A stretch of DNA of 39,576 nucleotides from Gemmatimonadota bacterium. GTDB lineage: Bacteria; Gemmatimonadota; Gemmatimonadetes; Gemmatimonadales; GWC2-71-9. Of the stretch, positions 35,485 through 39,576 are shown one piece after another (position 1 is the first letter of the stretch; every line of letters begins with the position of its first letter). The stretch covers positions 1-39,576 of the forward strand of contig JBDGYO010000001.1 of assembly GCA_039584015.1 (NCBI GenBank). The letters run 5' to 3'. The notes under the pieces were generated by a model, which worked only from the letters and a program-made list of their open reading frames with translations, did no database searches and was not told the DNA's origin. The position numbers were made by a program, and so were the translations under genes.

Positions 35485-35843
35485 TGTCTGCCTCCATGTG
35501 CGATGGGCGCAGGAAGTGGCGCATGACCTGACTGGCGGGCAATCCGGGTAGCGGCGGTGGTGGTCGTCGGGTAGGCGTCCGTGGAGGGCGTCGGTACGGC
35601 GGCACAACCACCTGGCCGGAACTCTGTCTGGGCCTGGCAGTCGGGTTTCCTCGAGGCTCCAAGCTGTGACTCAGCCCGCCACTTGACTAGGCCAGTATTG
35701 GGGCACGACATGCCGAATGTGGGACATCCGCCGTCACGTGCTCAACGAACGGCCGATCAGATCAATCTCAGGCCTAATCCCGACAGATTCGTTCCACGCT
35801 CGCCCCGTATGCCGGCGCTTTGGCCCGCCAATGTCGCAGATGC

Positions 35844-35856
35844 GGCATGTCATGCC
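35844..35856. promoter_or_regulatory. Perfect 13-bp palindrome GGCATG-T-CATGCC in a 628-bp divergent intergenic region
   Basis: Read directly. Related half-sites are GACATGCC (35707-35714) and TATGCCGG (35808-35815). Confidence 0.3.
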
Positions 35857-36112
35857 CCAAAAGAGGCCTAGTTCCAGCAAGTCACCGCGCCAATAATGGA
35901 GCCCTCGCGCCAGACTTGGTGGTTACGCCCGGAAAAGGGCGCCCCGCGCCCGACGCCTCGTACAGCCTCCGTCCGCCAGGCCGACGCCCAGGAGCCGATT
36001 CGTCCGCACCAGGGGTGCCACGAGCGTCGTATCGCTCTGGCAGTCCTCGGCATTCCTGCGGGTTCCGACAACCGACTACCACGTGCGTCACACCGTTGCA
36101 AGGAGGTGTTTC

Positions 36113-37576
36113 ATGAAACGGAGAGTGAGAAAGGCGGGGCTACTGCCCGGCCCGCTGAAGGAGCCCACTACGCCAGACTACGTAGTGGTCGAACTACGGC
36201 ACGACAGTCAGATCGCCTATTCGGAACAAGGTTTCGCGGCACCCGCAGCATTGGAGCCGGAAGTCAGCGGACTCAATCGCGTCCTCGAGGGCTACCGCAC
36301 CAAAGCGGTGAGCTCGCACTTCGGCGTCCCCGCGCGTCAGGTCCGGCGGCGCGTGGCCGACGCCCCCTCATCGTTGAGGGTCCCGGTTGACGGGGACTTC
36401 GCCCACGCGGGATTCGTCCAAGTGGTACCGCGGGACCCCGGGGACGCCGCCGCCCTCGCACGCCGTCTGAACCGCAATCCGCGGGTATGGAAGGCGTTCG
36501 TCGCACCCCGCCCGGTTCCAGCCGGCCTAGCCTTCGGCACCAGGGTGGGAAGTCGGAGCTTCGAAGCGACTCAGGGCTACCTTGCGTCTCCACCGAACGG
36601 TATCGGTGCCATGCAGGTTTGGTCCCAGCGGGGCGCCCGCGGCGAACGGGTACGAATCTGCGACATCGAGGGCAACTGGAATCTGCGGCACGAGGACCTG
36701 CCGCGTGGCCTCCGGCGCCTGGGTGGCACCCCGATCAACGACCTCGGCTGGCGCAACCACGGGACGGCAGTTCTCGGCGAGATGATCAGTCGTCCCGGTG
36801 ACGTGGGTACCGTAGGCATCTCGCATCGCGCCCAGGGGAACGTGCACTCTGCGATCATTGGCGGTGTATGGAACACCGGAGGTGCGATACGGAACGCGGC
36901 TCGCCAACTCCGAAGCGGCGACGTCATCCTCATCGAGCTACAGGGAACCGGACCTAGGGGACGTTACGTCGCGATGCAGTACTGGGATGACGTGTTCTCC
37001 GCAATTCGGTACGCCACCGCAAAGGGAGTGACCGTGGTGGAAGCTGCGGGCAACGGTAACGAGAACTTCGACCTGAGAACCTACCAGGGAACGGGCCTAC
37101 AGAAAGATTCGGGTGCAATCGTCGTCGGCGCCGGAGTGCCCCCGACCAACTGGCACGACTACCAGGGGCGGAACCCCTTTGGAGGCGGCGATCCCGCCAC
37201 TCGCTACAAACACATTGGAGTACCACGGTCGCGCATCTGGTTCTCCAACTACGGGCGAATCGTCAACGTGCAAGCGTGGGGTTGGCACGTGACGACCCTG
37301 GGCTACGGTGACGCGCAGGGAGGTAGAAGCGAGAACCGGTGGTACACTTTGCACTTCTCCGGTACCTCCAGTGCTTCACCGATCGTGACGGGGGCGGTAG
37401 CTTGCATTCAGGGGCGGGCGAAGGCCGTGAGGGGCCGTCCACTGGAGCCCAAACAGGTTCGGCGCCTCCTCATGCGCACCGGGACGCCCCAGGAACCGGG
37501 ACCTAGGGTCCCACTGAGGCAGCGAATCGGTCCTCAGCCCAACCTGCCGCGCGCGATGCGCGGAATCAGGAGATAG
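36113..37576 (+). CDS. S8-family (subtilisin-like) serine peptidase with N-terminal pro-region and no signal peptide
   Basis: AGGAGG (36101-36106) lies 6 nt upstream of ATG 36113. Catalytic motifs are 'CDIEGNW' (Asp), 'NHGTAVLGEM' (His), 'EAAGNGNE' (oxyanion Asn) and 'FSGTSSASPIVTG' (Ser). Confidence 0.85.
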   Translation: MKRRVRKAGLLPGPLKEPTTPDYVVVELRHDSQIAYSEQGFAAPAALEPEVSGLNRVLEGYRTKAVSSHFGVPARQVRRRVADAPSSLRVPVDGDFAHAGFVQVVPRDPGDAAALARRLNRNPRVWKAFVAPRPVPAGLAFGTRVGSRSFEATQGYLASPPNGIGAMQVWSQRGARGERVRICDIEGNWNLRHEDLPRGLRRLGGTPINDLGWRNHGTAVLGEMISRPGDVGTVGISHRAQGNVHSAIIGGVWNTGGAIRNAARQLRSGDVILIELQGTGPRGRYVAMQYWDDVFSAIRYATAKGVTVVEAAGNGNENFDLRTYQGTGLQKDSGAIVVGAGVPPTNWHDYQGRNPFGGGDPATRYKHIGVPRSRIWFSNYGRIVNVQAWGWHVTTLGYGDAQGGRSENRWYTLHFSGTSSASPIVTGAVACIQGRAKAVRGRPLEPKQVRRLLMRTGTPQEPGPRVPLRQRIGPQPNLPRAMRGIRR

Positions 37577-37583
37577 CTCCAGA

Positions 37584-37940
37584 ATGATGGCGCGTGGGGG
37601 TGACCAATTCGACTTCGGGACCGCGCCGGCCGGTCCGCACCTGGTAGTGCGGCTCAAGGCCAGGTGGCGCTACGACTCACGGCATCGCCGTTTCGTCAGT
37701 GCCACCGGGAACGAGTTTTCCCTGAGGGGACAGCTACCCAAGCGAACCCGGATCACCCCCACCGCGCCAGATCTTGCGCGCAGGGCGCCTGAGCGCCTCT
37801 CCCCAGAGGAGCGCGACCTGGCCCGCTACGTGCAGCTCGTACCGCCGAAACCCTCGAACGCGAAGGACTTGCTGGCCCAAGTCAGGAGATGGCCCTGCGT
37901 CGAGAGCGCACAGCTGTCGCCGACAATCAGCCTTCCATAG
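37584..37940 (+). CDS. Small protein paralogous to the S8 protease pro-region (candidate trans-acting pro-domain/inhibitor)
   Basis: Starts 7 nt after the protease stop. 'HLVVRLKARWRYDSRHRRF' aligns with protease 'YVVVELRHDSQIAYSEQGF'. 'YVQLVPPKPSNAKDLLAQVRRWPCVESAQLSP' aligns with 'FVQVVPRDPGDAAALARRLNRNPRVWKAFVAP'. Confidence 0.55.
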   Translation: MMARGGDQFDFGTAPAGPHLVVRLKARWRYDSRHRRFVSATGNEFSLRGQLPKRTRITPTAPDLARRAPERLSPEERDLARYVQLVPPKPSNAKDLLAQVRRWPCVESAQLSPTISLP

Positions 37941-37946
37941 CCCCGG

Positions 37947-38378
37947 TCAGCCATCGGCTCTCGGTGCAACCGATATCGGCTTTCGCGTCTCCGGCGATGC
38001 AGCCGGATCTCCACCAAGCCTGACGCCCCTGTGCACCCACCAAGCGCGGATCTTCCACATACCATCCTCTAGGCAAAACCGCTTGAGCTCACGATCCGCT
38101 TCGGCTCTCCATTGATCCTTGGATAGCCTCTCCATGCGCATCAGTTGGTATAAGGCGTCGTGAATCAGGGATCCGCGCATGAAGTTCGACGTGTCGAATG
38201 TAGGGCCCGAGGGTCCATCCCATGCGTACCCCTTCTTGATCACCAGTATCCCATCGGCCCCCAGATCGACGAAGTCGGTCACAATGCTCTGGTCCGGGAT
38301 CACACTTACCGTGACCGAATACTCCTCTGCCAGCTGGTACTTGTAGCCACTACGATAATGGATTTGGGTACCAGGCAT
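37947..38378 (-). CDS. DUF1353-family protein
   Basis: GGAGG lies 7 nt upstream of the ATG. 'GYAWDGPSGP...RGSLIHDALYQL' matches the DUF1353 hallmark (DG.S.P ... HD.LY). Confidence 0.6.
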   Translation of the reverse strand: MPGTQIHYRSGYKYQLAEEYSVTVSVIPDQSIVTDFVDLGADGILVIKKGYAWDGPSGPTFDTSNFMRGSLIHDALYQLMRMERLSKDQWRAEADRELKRFCLEDGMWKIRAWWVHRGVRLGGDPAASPETRKPISVAPRADG

Positions 38379-38470
38379 TCGATTACCTCCGCTTGAGAAG
38401 ACCCGGTGACCATGCTGTCCATACCCGACCAGAGTGTGCCGCCTCGAGGCGCAAGGTCAGTGCCATTCCC

Positions 38471-39307
38471 TTACCTACAGAAGTCCTCCGTAGGAATGAT
38501 CGAGTCGAAGACCACCCTTGCACCTTTGTGGGCCACGAACTCGCTCGGCCCCACCGGGGTCGTCGAGACCGGGTTCCAATCGTAGGTATAGCCTAGCGCC
38601 GTCCAGGGATACTGCTCCATCGAATCTCTGGGGCCATAGCGATTCATCCACGTGTCACAGAGCCACTGCTGGTGGCGAGCATCCGCTGGGCCCTCGTGGC
38701 TGCCCGGACATTGCCACTCGACCTGGTTGTCATCCGTGACCTCTAGGGGTGAGGCAATCGGACAGGTTGTGCCGACGACACTCGGGTCCGCGCACGGACG
38801 CACCAGATCTTGCGGATCGATCCACACCTGTAGGAAGGCGTCATATCCACTTTCAGGCGGTAGACCGAGAAGTTGCTCGAGGCGTAGGTCGAGCGCTCGG
38901 CCCTGCAGCTCGCCCTTCCGACACGCCTCCTGTACTTGGGTGCCGGCAGTGAACCACGTCTCGCCTCGCAGGCAGAATGAATACCCAGCCTGGTACTTGG
39001 GTTCGCTGTAGTACTGCGCGTGGGTCCACTTCGTAACGAGCACCTGCGAAGCCTCGTTCCAACTCAGACCAGGGGTGCCGGGTCGAATGCTCAGGAGATC
39101 ATGGACCACTTCAGAGGGGAGCGGATAACGCGCGTCCGCCACTGCCTCCTCGTAGGCCGTACGCTGACTGTCGGCAGCAAGCTCCTGGGAACCACCGGGC
39201 TGCGCAGGTGGTGTGTGAGCGCAGCCGGCTGCCAACAACACCGTCACGATCGCGTGTGCGGCGCGGTTCAGAAGACTGGTATGTCTTGCTCGCCTGGATG
39301 AGCACAT
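38471..39307 (-). CDS. Cys-rich lipoprotein, unknown function
   Basis: Start ATG 39307 gives the signal 'AIVTVLLAAGC'. Seven further Cys residues. The C-terminus reads '...YPWTALGYTYDWNP...'. The ORF-track start 39406 is less likely. Confidence 0.55.
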   Translation of the reverse strand: MCSSRRARHTSLLNRAAHAIVTVLLAAGCAHTPPAQPGGSQELAADSQRTAYEEAVADARYPLPSEVVHDLLSIRPGTPGLSWNEASQVLVTKWTHAQYYSEPKYQAGYSFCLRGETWFTAGTQVQEACRKGELQGRALDLRLEQLLGLPPESGYDAFLQVWIDPQDLVRPCADPSVVGTTCPIASPLEVTDDNQVEWQCPGSHEGPADARHQQWLCDTWMNRYGPRDSMEQYPWTALGYTYDWNPVSTTPVGPSEFVAHKGARVVFDSIIPTEDFCR

Positions 39308-39353
39308 CGATTGTCCCCCCGACCGGCGCAACAATAGGCGGTGCGCTAAGCGC

Positions 39354-39576
39354 TCACTCACGGAAGACGGGCACATCGCTAGGGTCGCCGACCACATCGA
39401 CGTCATCCGCTTTCAGGACCCACGGCGTGTAGCCGCTGTGCGATGCCTGCGCGCGCTCCATGACGCTCGCATGGACCTTCGGTGCTAAATCAAACGGCCA
39501 CGACCGCTCTCTTCTTCGGTAGAGCCCCTGCAGGCCGTCGCGCGAGTCGTGCATCACGCCACCGGGATTGGGATCA
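39354..39576 (-). CDS. 3' part of a gene continuing beyond the window edge, unknown function
   Basis: The frame is open from the window end (DPNPGGVMHDSRDGLQGLY...) to the stop at 39354-39356. It lies 46 nt upstream of the lipoprotein gene on the same strand. Confidence 0.35.
   Translation of the reverse strand, partial: DPNPGGVMHDSRDGLQGLYRRRERSWPFDLAPKVHASVMERAQASHSGYTPWVLKADDVDVVGDPSDVPVFRE

Overview
GC-rich bacterial chromosomal window. I recognised no rRNA, tRNA, CRISPR array, transposase or integrase. The gene content (SusD-like lipoprotein, ADOP-type duplicated FtsX permease, three Hanks-type Ser/Thr kinases, CBM9/DUF5916-like protein, TorF-type porin) suggests a Gemmatimonadota/Acidobacteriota-like diderm; this is inference only. 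I call 27 complete and 2 partial CDS, 3 gene relics, and several candidate regulatory or structural DNA motifs. Layout, + strand 1-10912: SusD-like gene, an 8-blade PQQ-type beta-propeller protein, a Tat-exported esterase, then an operon of HTH-kinase-permease fusion, MacA-like adaptor and ABC ATPase. Next comes a convergent LytS/LytTR two-component pair on the - strand (10991-12891), followed by a DUF5916-like gene. Region 16.1-21.1 kb is a patchwork of intact hydrolase and membrane genes interleaved with three gene relics (GNAT, AAA+, haloalkane-dehalogenase-like). It is followed by a beta-helix/PA14 protein, a methyltransferase, and two Ser/Thr kinases bracketing an 82-aa ORF. A tightly packed six-gene - strand operon spans 29121-35484: two lipoproteins, an LpxH-like metallophosphoesterase, a TorF-type porin, a neutral ceramidase, and a CarboxypepD_reg membrane protein. 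The window ends with an S8 protease plus a free-standing copy of its own pro-region, and a convergent DUF1353 operon. Most interesting candidates: (1) the HTH + Hanks kinase + duplicated FtsX permease in one polypeptide, with its own adaptor and ATPase; (2) the ceramidase/LpxH-like/porin envelope-lipid operon; (3) the signal-less S8 protease with a trans-encoded pro-domain paralogue; (4) the kinase - small ORF - kinase module. All functional calls rest on motifs read by eye from the supplied translations and sequence. No database search was run.
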